NCBI RefSeq assembly: GCF_009914755.1
Contig: NC_060941.1
Length of the DNA stretch: 64,000 nucleotides
From: the human T2T-CHM13v2.0 reference genome, Homo sapiens
Direction: 5' to 3' (one strand)
Made by a program: the position numbers and the translations under genes. The notes beneath the pieces are model-generated. The model worked only from the letters and a program-made list of their open reading frames with translations. It did no database searches and was not told the DNA's origin. Positions 1-43,700 of the stretch are shown here, one piece after another; the first letter of the stretch is position 1, and each line of letters opens with the position of its first letter.

Positions 1-208
1 ATAGTTCAGACTGTTGAAAAAAGGAAGATCTGGCAATATACTAAGTCTGTGTTTTTGTGTGGCAGAAAGAGGCTATTGCTGAGCAAATGGCTGCCTACAT
101 TAGACAAGGCATGCTTTTCCTTGCTCACCATAGTTACATCAATCCCTGTTTTCTTCTTAACCTTGAGGCCACTGTTTATAGCACCATTTGTCATTTCTCT
201 TGCACTGT

Positions 209-482
209 AATTTTTTTCTTTTGAGACAGGATCTCTCGCCCAAGCCAGAGTGCAGTGGCACCATTACAGTCACTGTAACCTCAAATTCCTAGGCTCAAGT
301 GATCCTCCTGCCTCAGCCTCCCAAGTAGCTGGAACTACAGGTGCACGGCACCACACCACCACACCTGGCTAATTTTTGAAAATATTTTTTCCCAGGCCGG
401 TCTCAAACTCGTAGCCTCAGGCAGTCTCTCCACCTTGGCCTCTCAGAGTGCTGGAATTGCAGGTGTGGGTCTGTGCCCAGCC
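209..482 (-). mobile_element. Alu (old, J-like)
   Basis: Poly-T followed by antisense Alu consensus. Confidence 0.85.
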
Positions 483-1139
483 TCTGTATTGTAATTTTTC
501 TTAGGGTGGAGAATTATTTTTCTGAACTTAGTTCTCTATCAGATATCAGAAAACAAAAGACTCAGGGTGATGTAAGAAAAATTAGAGTACATTTCTGTAG
601 AAGAATATGCCTACTTATTTCCAGTTTGGTCTTTGAATTTGCCATCTTTGATTTATAACAACTTAAGTTACTTACTGAAGAATATACACCTAATAGGTGG
701 CAGAGCCAAAATTCACCTCCAAACCCCATATTCCTTATGCAGTATCATTCTGTATCTGAGTTCTTATAGTGTTGTGTATTTCTGCCACTTACAAACTATA
801 CAGGATACTTACCAAACACCCAGACTATTCAGGGTATACGTGTGTCTTGCAGCATAGTAGGTATTTAGTTAATATGTTAAGTGATTTACCCTAGGAGTAA
901 AGGCAATAAATGAATTGTCATCTTTGAGATGTCTTGTATGCGTTGTTTTCTTCATCTTCTTGAGATACGAACATTTCCTAATGGGCTATGTTTCCTAGAG
1001 AATCTGGTCTCGTTATTTCTTGAGGGATCCCTAGTGATGAATTAAAAGAAAAATTAGCTCTGATTTTCTGGGTTTAAATGTAGATTTATGGTAGTACAAA
1101 CTGGCATAGCCCTTTCTGAGTGACAGTATCCGAGAATAG

Positions 1140-1468
<329 letters not shown>

Positions 1469-1966
1469 CAGATGTCAAATTTTATAGAAAGTATAAACTT
1501 TTCTAGTGCTTGAACTAGATGAAGATTTATTTTTAGCCAGTGTTCTGAAAAAGGATTTATGTAGGCTTAAACAATATGTTCTACCACTTTTGGTGACCTG
1601 TTTCTTATGTTACATTGCTTATGTCATCTTCAGTTTATAGTCTTAAATATATCTTATAGCTGGTTCAGTCCTCCGAAAAGTAGGTTGTTTGTATGCATTG
1701 CTTCTCTTTAAAACAATTTCTCTTCATCAGGAACATTTGGTTTGATAGAACACCCGATCATGCCACAGTATATATAGTGGCATTTTTAAAAATCTGAGAT
1801 TGCCAGAAAAACTCACGGTGCTTTATAGTGAGAAAAAGTTGTGCAGAATGTGTATAAAGCCTTGGGAAAAATCATTTAACTCTTCTGACCTTGATTTTCA
1901 AATGTATAATGCAAATGATTAATTTTGATCAGTGATCATCAATTTGCGGTATATAAAAATTGCCTA

Positions 1967-2224
<258 letters not shown>

Positions 2225-2319
2225 GAATTGCCTATGAAAAATGTAAAAACTACACACATTTAACTCACTCCAGCCCCAAGGATTCTGATTTAGTAGATGT
2301 AGAACAGAATTTTCAGCCT

Positions 2320-2510
2320 TGAGACTACTGTCATTTGGCGCTGGATAATTATTTGTTGTGGGGCTTTCCTGTGTATTGTAGAATGTTTAGTAGCCATCCT
2401 CCGCCTCTAGAAACCAGTACTATCAGCTGTACCACCCCCAAAATTAAAAATGTCTCCAGACATTGCCAGATGTTGCCTAGGGGCAAAATTGTCCCAGATT
2501 GAGAGCAACC
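2320..2510 (+). mobile_element. MER20 hAT DNA transposon (MER5-like fragment just upstream)
   Basis: GATAATTATTTGTTGTGGGG...AAAATGTCTCCAGACATTGCC...GGCAAAATTGTCCC matches MER20 consensus from memory. Confidence 0.75.
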
Positions 2511-2891
2511 TTTCCAGAGTCAGATGTATGTGGTCTTAAGCTATACTTTGAGGAAGGCCGATCTGCCTGAATTGAAAGCACTTTATATCTGTAATTTTAT
2601 CATTAACTTAAAGCAACTTAAGGTTATGTATTTGTGAAGCAAGCATTTTTGTTCATTTTTCCATGTGTGGCACATTATTACAGATAAAATTGTGCAGTCC
2701 ATATACAGCCAATTTATACAGCATTTAGTTATTTCTCTTTGAAAAATAATTGTCAAAATGCAATTTGATGGCATCAAAATGCACTTGTCAAATACATAGC
2801 TAAAGCTATTATGGCACTTGTTCCAATCTAAAAATTGTTTCTTTCAGTGTTTTTAGTTGATGTCATTCTATACAGCCTTTTGTTTCATTAG

Positions 2892-23233
<20,342 letters not shown>

Positions 23234-24130
23234 AGGGGATGTGCTAAAGCGTGAAATCAGTTGTCCTTAATTTTTAGAAAGATTTTGGTAACTAGGTGTC
23301 TCAGGGCTGGGTTGGGGTCCAAAGTGTAAGGACCCCCTGCCCTTAGTGGAGAGCTGGAGCTTGGAGACATTACCCCTTCATCAGAAGGAATTTTCGGATG
23401 TTTTCTTGGGAAGCTGTTTTGGTCCTTGGAAGCAGTGAGAGCTGGGAAGCTTCTTTTGGCTCTAGGTGAGTTGTCATGCGGGTAAGTTGAGGTTATCTTG
23501 GGATAAAGGGTCTTCTAGGGCACAAAACTCACTCTAGGTTTATATTGTATGTAGCTTATATTTTTTACTAAGGTGTCACCTTATAAGCATCTATAAATTG
23601 AGTTCTTTTTCTTAGTTGTATGGCCAGGCAGTCCCCATTTTAGGAGTTGGCTTCTGCAAATTCAATCCATTGAGCTAACTGTTGGGGAGCAATTTGGTAG
23701 TTGTAGACATTTGCAGGGAAGGGAGATGTCTGATTCTAAATGGGAGTTGATGCTCAGGTCCCCAGCCAGGTTTGCATCCAGCCCTGAGACATGTAGGAAA
23801 CACCTTTCAGACCCAGGCTCTGAAGATTCCCAGAAGCCACAAGGATTGAAGGGAAAAGGTGATCCTGGTAACTGTTCCAGGATTGCTCCAGGTTTGAGAT
23901 GGTATTGCTAAATTTAAAATTAAACAAGAGACCCAACAACAGCTTTTAAAGTGTCTTCTATTTCATTGTATTTTTTTTAACTTGCCCCAATGATAGAAAA
24001 GTCTTTTGCTGAAATGATTTTGATGATTTTTGTTTATCGTTTATAAAAAGGAAAAGAAATATACAAACTTTGACTTTTGTGACTTTGTGAAGGTTTCTTT
24101 AAGATGTGCATTCCTTTCTGCTTGCTCTCT

Positions 24131-24136
24131 AGTAAA
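24131..24136 (+). terminator. Candidate DDX42 polyA signal (AGTAAA variant; ATTAAA alternatives at 23919 and 24254)
   Basis: No canonical AATAAA seen in the DDX42 3'UTR; variant hexamer followed by GU/U-rich sequence. Confidence 0.4.
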
Positions 24137-24294
24137 TGTTTTACTACCGGGACCTGTGGATCGTTTGTCATTTCTGTCTATGAATTGGTACATATTAAGC
24201 TGGGACTTAAGAATAGTGCCGCACACAGTGTAGGGACAGATAGGGAAGTGCTTATTAAAACTGTCAGAAAAGACAACTCTTCCATTATCCTGGT

Positions 24295-24300
24295 TTTATT
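24295..24300 (-). terminator. FTSJ3 polyadenylation signal AATAAA
   Basis: TTTATT on + strand about 350 nt past the FTSJ3 stop. Confidence 0.75.
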
Positions 24301-24648
24301 TAGGAATAGGATGGGGGTGGGGAGGGCTTAAGTGGCCCACACGTCCAGGTGTAGACTGACTACATTGAGTATCGCTCCAACACCGAACTTCCCTTTAACG
24401 GTTTAAAAAAAGGGTCATGAGTGTCAACACAGTTCAGCAGTGTTTTCATGGGAGACCTTCAGGCAGGCAGGAGGACATCCTCCTCTCTGCTCAGGACCAC
24501 CACGGGAGTTCTAGGCACTCCACCTCACTGTTCTTCAGACAGCTGTGATGTGAGCAGGGGCTAGGCCGGTAATCAAGGGGGCCAGACTGAGCCATGCCAC
24601 ACCCTTCCTCCTAGTCCCCATGCTCTCCTGGGAGCCTGGCAGCTCTGC

Positions 24649-31765
<7,117 letters not shown>

Positions 31766-32340
31766 GGTGGAAAGGGGGAGTATCCCTCAATCTGGGGAGA
31801 AAGTAGAAGTTGGGAACGTCTCTTTCCGGAGCACCAGATTCCACTTCCAGTTTCCCACTTCCCGCAGCAATTCCACCCCGCGCCCCTCTCCGCACACTAC
31901 CTAGACCCAGAGCCGCTTTCTCCACACTTGGAACCGCACAAGTATGCAGCTAACGTACTTCCGCTTCCGCTTGCGTCCCCTGCGTCCCTGGCTCGAGGTT
32001 TTCCGCCATTTTGAGTGTGGCCCTAGATTGTTCTCGATACTCTGTCCTTGGGTTTTGTAAGTTGAAAGTTGAGACTAGGAAGGCATATCACAAGAACTAT
32101 AAACAGAGTTTCAATGAGGCAACACTGAGGAGGAGTTCTACTCCTTCCTCATCCCCTTCCAAAGCCCCTGAACTCGAGTAGCCGCCCCTCCCATCATGGT
32201 TCCCTTAGTGTGGCCTCACCGCACACCCCGCCCATTGACCCGGAATTCTTCTCTGCCTGGTCTTCAGGTCCCAATCCTCCGCTTCCGCGCTTGCGCGCCA
32301 AGACGGCTCGGATGCCGGCGGTCTCTGCTGAAGAGAGAAG
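31766..32340. promoter_or_regulatory. Bidirectional CpG-island promoter FTSJ3/PSMC5
   Basis: 575 bp between divergent ATGs, CpG-rich; tandem ETS cores ACTTCCGCTTCCGC 31957-31970, YY1-type CCGCCATTTT 32003-32012, NRF1-like GCGCTTGCGC 32287-32296. Confidence 0.85.
31901..31990 (-). other. FTSJ3: Probable non-coding first exon of FTSJ3 (5' end approximate)
   Basis: Minus-strand donor TAG|GTAGTG at 31900 and acceptor ...TTTCTCCCCAG| at 31792 define a 109-nt 5'UTR intron upstream of the ATG exon. Confidence 0.6.
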
Positions 32341-36818
<4,478 letters not shown>

Positions 36819-36845
36819 GTGGACAGCCTTTGTGTGTATCTCTCC

Positions 36846-36851
36846 AATAAA
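36846..36851 (+). terminator. PSMC5 polyadenylation signal AATAAA
   Basis: AATAAA 27 nt after the TGA. Confidence 0.85.
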
Positions 36852-36944
36852 GCTCTGTGGGCCAAGTCCTCTAGGACTCCAGTCTGTTAATGAGGGCTGT
36901 GCTGTTCAAGGACCAGGTCCAGGCACCACCAATAGACAAAAGGA

Positions 36945-36950
36945 TTTATT
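36945..36950 (-). terminator. SMARCD2 polyadenylation signal AATAAA
   Basis: TTTATT on + strand about 840 nt past the SMARCD2 stop. Confidence 0.8.
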
Positions 36951-37786
36951 TGGAAATTTCCAAACCTGCCAGAAGTGGCACTCGCCAAGCCCTAGGCCCA
37001 CCCTCCTCACCAAGCTCCAAAGGGCAACACCAGTCCTCCCAGCCTCCCCATTCACCTTACCCTGGCCTCCACATGCACATACCCCATACCTCAGGCCATG
37101 CTAGAGAACTGGAGTGTCCCCTCCCCGGCCCAAGCCGCTGGAGAGGCAGCCCTCTGGCATCCCAGGAGATGATGGCGGCCAGAGCCGCTTGCATAGATTG
37201 AGGAAAGAAAAGAAGGAGGCACCTAACAGGCTCCCTGAAAACCCCCAACTTACCCCTGTACAAAAAAAGTGGCTCCCACATAGAAAACTTGCTCCCAAAA
37301 TAGTGCAAATACCCAAAGGAAAGGAAAAAACCAGCAGCAAGGCTGGGCTTGTAGGAATGGCAAAGAACTTTGGTTTAGAAAGGCTAGGAAGAGTCTGGGC
37401 TGCACCTCCTCTTCCTAGCCCAGCTCCCCAGAGCCAGCTCTGACCCTCGCCCCAGGGGGAGTCTGTAAACATGCAAACCCAGCAGCCTTTGGTTCGGAAA
37501 TGTCTTACAATGTCAAAGCACAGCCTCCAGCAGTCCTACTTGGGCCTGCCTGCAGGGGGGCAGAGGAGGCATCTGCTGAACCCAATTAAAGCCAATGCAA
37601 AAAGTATAAGGCTTTGGGGACCAAGCAACAAGGAATCCTATCACTACATTTATAAAACTAAAGCTGGAGAGTAGAGGGTGACAGCAGACACTCCTCACCC
37701 CAGCCTACGTGTCTGCGGCCCCAGCAAGGACCCAGAGGGTGGTCTCCCTCCAGGCTCCAGGGCTGGGAAGAAAGATCCCTGAGCAG

Positions 37787-40700
37787 TTAGGTCAGGCGAA
37801 TTCCCAGCACCTGTTCCAGTTCCTGCCTTCGCTGCTGCACCTGGAGAAGGGAGAAACCAAGTGGCTCAGGCCTTTGCTACTCACGGCCAAAGGAGGGAAA
37901 ACAGGGCAGAGCCTCACCTTGGCAAAGATGTGCCTGCCTACTGCTTCCTGGGCCCAGGGCTGGTGGTAGAAAGCAGCTCGTCTCTCCTCCTCAGGATTTC
38001 CAATCACATCAGTGATGATCTGCAAAGAGCCAGGAGGAAAGCCATAGCATAATCCCCACCCCTGGGCTAATCCACCCTGGGAACTGCTGTGGGTAAAAAT
38101 CACCCAGAGCTTTACATAGGAGTCCCCTCGGGAAAGAGGACTACACCTTGAGGTCTCGGCGCTGGGAACGGAGCCATTCCTGGATGAAGTCCTGGGGGTC
38201 GGTGCTAAAACTGAGCATGAAATCTCTCTGGGTCTTCAGCTGGTTGATGGACTCAATGGTCTCATGGATCTGGAGAGGGTACCTGTGTCAGACTGTGCCC
38301 CCAAAGCTTACATGCAAGCAACTGAGCCAGAGTTCCCATCCCGTCCTCCAGGTGCTACATGTATGGAAATGCTGGACAGAGCCAGCCCACCCCAATCCTG
38401 GGCCCCAGAGGAAGCTGTGGAGCCAGAGGGCCCACCTTGACATCAAGGGAGGCGATCTCCTGCTGATTGGTGGTAGAGGCCAGAAAATTGCTCATTTGGG
38501 CCTTCAGTGGGTCGTCCACCTCCACATCGATGTCGTAACAGGCTGTCTTCTTCTGGTCGTTAGGGTCGACACTGCAGGCAGCACATGGGGAGGGAAGGCA
38601 CATAGCTGACTTCATCCTGCCCACCTGGGCCAAATCTGGGGCCCATTCTCTGCACACACTCAGGGAAAAAGAAACCTGATGCTTTCTTTGGCTTTAGTTC
38701 AAGCCAAGGGTGAATCTGCTCTTAGAAGAGCCTTCCTGTCCCCCTCCTTGCATTTACCTAATGACATGGTTGATGACAATGGGGTCTGGATGCTGCAGCA
38801 ACCCTGCCAGCTTCATGGGAATCTCGGAGAAACGGAGTCGGCCACAACTGAAGATCTGGAGGAAATACGAAAGGCTCAGCGTTGGCTTGTGGGCACAGTG
38901 GAGTGGACCATTCCAGGACCAGTGAGGGCAGCAGTCTGCAGGCTGTGGCCAAGGAGTAGCCCAGCAGGCAAGGCAAAGCAAGGGCTGAGAAAACGGGGGC
39001 TGGCATCTGGCTAACCTGGCGGAAGTAACGGTTGCAGTTGATGTACTCCCGCTCGTGCCCATCCTGCAGCTGGTTGTGCTTGATGTAAAGCCACAGGGCC
39101 TGCATGATGGCGGCCCTCGTCTGCGTGTGCACTCCCAGCAGCCTTGCCAATCGGGGGTCCAATTTGTACTGGGGAGGCTGGAGTTGGATGGAGGGGAGTC
39201 AGAACGGGTTCTTATAGTAGAACAGTGGGAAAATAGGGCAGGGACAGGAAGGGTTTCTAGGAACCAGCTCCCCTCCTGAGGGGTCCCTGTGGGCCCAGAA
39301 ATGACCCCAGGGTCTCTGTCACCTGATGATCCAGCATGAGCAGGAGGGTGCACTTGACGTTGAGGTCTCCAGGCCGTTTTACTTGGAAGCCATCTGTCTC
39401 CTGGGTGGTGGGCATCCGGTGCCACTGGCAGGGAGGGAAGCATGGCTTATCACCAAGGGGGTGGGCGTGAACACAGGGCCTCCCAAGGGCCCTGAGGCCA
39501 TTTCCCTGCCAAACCTGCACATCAGCCTGCTTTTGCCCCAGGCCCACTCTCACCTCCACCAGGTGATTGTCAGGCCCGTACAGCTCCTTGTCCAGCTCAA
39601 TGACGAGGCTCTTAAAGAATGAAGAAAACTTCCTCTTCTGTTTGCTAGGCTGGGGATGGAAAGGGGTGTGAGATGGTGCTGCTGAGCTCTCAAATCTCAA
39701 GCTATGCTAAATCCCAAGAAAGAGAAGCCCCATTTCAGCCCTGGAGCTCTGGATACTGAAGATTCCTGGGCCCTGAAGGATGGAAGCAGGACTCTGGGCA
39801 GACTGGAGGCAGGGAAATGGTGCCCTCTTGCAGCCCACGAGGGACTTCCTCGAGACACTCGACTGCCATCTGCAGGAACATTGTAATAACCACACAAATC
39901 AACCTCCAACGGGCTTGGAGCAGCGCCCCCCTCCCTATGGCAGGACTTCTCTGGGAGCGCCCAAGTGTCTGGCCCAGTCTTTTTTTTTCTGAGACACAAT
40001 CTCACTCTGTCACCCAGGCTGAAGTGCAGTGGTGTGATCATAACTCACTGAAGCTCGACCTCCTGGGCTCAAGCCATCCTCCTGCATCAGCCTTATGAGT
40101 AGCTGGGACTACAGGTGCATGCCACCGCACCCAGCTAATTTTTAAATTTTTTGTAGAGATGGGGTCTGGCTCTGCTGCTCAGGCTAGTATCAAACTCCTT
40201 GGTCTCAGTCTTAAACCCACACAGGCCTCCTTCCCTCCAGAACCTCCCTCCCCAACTCACATCATCCAGCAGTTTTCCTTCCACTCGGAGTTCCCAGGAA
40301 GCCACCTTGTCCCCTGCTGGGGTTCCCCCAGGGGTCCCTGCAGTTCCTGCACTATCGCCTTCCGCCTTGCTGGGACTGAACGTATTGGAAATGTAGATCC
40401 GAAGCTTTCGCTTTTGCTAAAGAGAGAAAGGCAATCACAACTGGAGGTGGACCAAGATGCTGGGACACAGTGCTACCGCATCTTCTCATATGAACCATTC
40501 AACAATCAGTACTGAGCACCATGAGCCAGCCAGGCACCTTGTCAGGTACTGGGAATCAGAAGTAGTAAGTCCCAGTCCCAGCCTTTTTTTTTTTTAGACA
40601 TGGTCTCACTCTGTCACCCAGGCTGGAGTGCAGTGGCGCGATCTCAGCTCACTTGCAACCTCTGACTCCCAGGTTCAAGCGATTCTCTTGCCTCAGTCTC

Positions 40701-43700
40701 CCGAGTAGCTGGGACTACAGGTGCGCACCACCATGCCCAGCTAATTTTTTGTGTTTTTGTAAAGATGGTATTTCAACATGTTGGCCATGCTGGTCTCAAA
40801 CTCCTGACCTCAGGTGATCTGCCCACTTCGGCCTCCTAAAGTGCTGAGATTACAGGTGTGAGCCACCGCACCTGGCCGGAACTCACCATTTTATGGGGAA
40901 AGAGATGCATCACCAACAATGCCAGCACAGTGGGACTGGTGCTACGGCATGATGGAGTAACACGCAGCCAGTCTCTGGCTCACATCTTACATGAAACCCA
41001 AACACCCATCACGGCTCCAAAATATCCTAGTCCCCTGGAAAGGCTTCACCACTCGGGACTGTTCTACATTATTATTAAGAAAAGCTTCTCGGCTGGGTGC
41101 AGTGGCTCATGCCTGTAATCTCAGCACTTTGGGAGGCCGAGGCAGTCAGGAGTTCGAGACCAGCCTGGGTAACATGGCGATACTAAAAATACAAAAATTA
41201 GCCGGGCGTGGTGACAGGCATCTGTAATCCTAGTTACTCGGGAGGCTGAGGCAAGAAGAATTACTTGAACCTGGGATGCGAAGGTTGCAGTGAGCCGAGA
41301 TCGCAACACTGCACTCCAGCTTAGGTGAAAGAGCGAGACTCCATCTCGGAAAAAAAAAAAAAAAAAAAAAAGAAAATTTCTCTATGGATGGGGAAGGGGA
41401 AGGAGAAAGGAACTACCTTTATCCCCTAGTCTAGTGGTTTTCAAACTTTTGACCACCACCCATAAGATTTACATTTTCAATTATGACCCAAGGTCTGCAT
41501 ATCTATTTATCAGAAACAAAAATGTCATGAAAGAATCCATTTACTACTATGGTAAGTACTACTGTGAAGTATTTTAAGATTTTCTACTGTCATATATTCA
41601 TTTAAAACATACTGGCCCCAACACATTCAACTGAGTTCGTACTCTACTAGTGGGCTGCATCCTGCATGTGAAAAACCCGGCTCTAGCCCAACTTGCTTGG
41701 CCCCTGGAAAACAAGGGGGTGGAAGGCAAGGAAACCTGGGAAGGCTAGAGGTGGTCAGGGCCACACATACTGTCAGAGGCTTTTTGATGGCCTCCTGGAT
41801 CTCCATCCGCTTGCGAGCAATGGTCTGGTCCAGCTTCCGCTCAAAAGCCAAGAGATCCATGTACGCCTGAGACTCTGGAACAAGCTCCCGGATCTGAAGG
41901 AAGGTAGCAGAAGCTCATCAGCTTGCTTCAGCCAAAGCCTGGCTCTTTCCTCCCTTCCTGCTGCAGCCCAGCTTTGAGAGAGATGGACACCCACCCCAAG
42001 GTGGCCACTGGGCAGGCCTCCCAGGTGTCCTCTTAACACTTACTCGCTGAGGTAGAACCTTATCTGCCATCTTCCTCCTCTTTAACCTGGGGAGGACAGA
42101 AACCCACTTAAGAGGTCAATGGTCCAAAAAAGGACACTCACTCCCATAACGCCCCTCCAGTCTCCAGGACCCTCTCCCCCAGGAGAGCCTGGAGTCATCC
42201 TCAGTCACCAAAGCTCTTAAGATAGAAGGAAACCCTCTGCTACCACCAGAGCTGAGTTAGGCAGAGTGAGAGAAGCAGGATGCTCTTACCCCCGGCGCTG
42301 GGCAGGCATGGGAGGCTGCGCCTGGGGCACAAGCAGGCGTTTTCGGAATGGATCCATCATGGTGGGTGGCATGCCAGGTCGAAGCGGAGCTGCTGCACCA
42401 AATGGGGAGCCAGCAGGGGGTCCCACCTGCAAGCCAGCCATGGGCATCCGGTTCCCTGGTGACATGCCAGGTCGCTGGGGGAAGTGAGCCAACGGGGGTG
42501 CATAGGTCAGGGGCAAGGCCCTCCGGGACCCATAGCCCATGCCCTCCATCCCTCTCGTCAGCCAGGTAGGGCCTGAGCAGCACACCAGAGCCCTGCTGGA
42601 GCCCCAGGAACAAAGGGGAGTGGGCGCCTGAGCACAGAGTGTAAACCACACCTGCCCTGCCCCCTGCAACCGCCCTGGCAGCCATGCCAGCGAATGAGGC
42701 CTGCCAGAACCTGGGCTGGGAGGAGGGTCCTGCCTGCAGAGGGAAGGGCCTTGGGGAGCTTTTCAGGGCCCATTGCTACCTTCCAGCCCCAGCATGCTGT
42801 GCCCTATTCCCTGGACAAGCTGGTCCCTATTCTCTCAGACAGTCCTGCCAAGCCCTGCCCTCCTTCTCTTTCTCCCATCATGAAGAAGAAGCATGGCTGA
42901 GAGGCACAGGGGCAGTGTCACTGCCAGGCAGAGGAGTGTACTATAGTATGAGTAGGCCAATGGCGCAGAGCCCCAATCCCCATCCTCTGTGGCCGAGGGA
43001 GAAAGGGGTCTGGTAGGCAGCAGCACCCCAGGTGAGCAGGGCTGCAACAGGATGGCTTGGAACGTGTACCAGCTGGTGGGGGTGGCCTCGGGCAGGGTAC
43101 AGGGACCCTGTACCCTGTAGTCTGGTATCACATAGCCCCCACCCACAGCCCAGAACTGGACCCTCCTCTTACCTCCCTACTGCCCAACTACTACCCCTAT
43201 GACAGAAGACCCCAGAAGGGAAGCTATGGCTCCTGGGTGGCCTGTGGGAAAGAGAGCAGCTAGCACCTGGACTCTGCCAGTGGTCCAGGCACCACCTGGC
43301 AGCCAGGACTGGCTCTGGCTCCGTGTAGCCCTGGCAATCCCAAGCTGGAGAAGGGGGCTAAGATTATCCTGGGAGGCAAGGATAGAGGCCCAGGCTGAGC
43401 AGCAGGAAAGTGGGAGACAGAAATAGCTTCTTTAGATGCCTGCAGAAGGATTTCCCACCTGAGGCCTTGCTCCCTGACATTTCTGTGGAGCCCATCTGGG
43501 AGTCACCTCCACCCCCACCCGCCTCCCCATGGCTGCTGCCTGCAAGGCCTGTTTGGCAGCTCTGCCTTGCACACACTGTCCCTGGCAGCTTCACAGGGCT
43601 GGCCCCAGGGCCCAGATTATGCAACGAGCACAACCAGCCAACCAAGCCCGGCAGGGTGGAGACTTGTACCAAATCAAAGGACCCTCCCCCACCCCAGCAT

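Noticed and set aside
38754-39443. 229-aa minus-strand ORF in SMARCD2
   Set aside because: Mosaic of real exon frames and GC-rich short introns; explained by SMARCD2.
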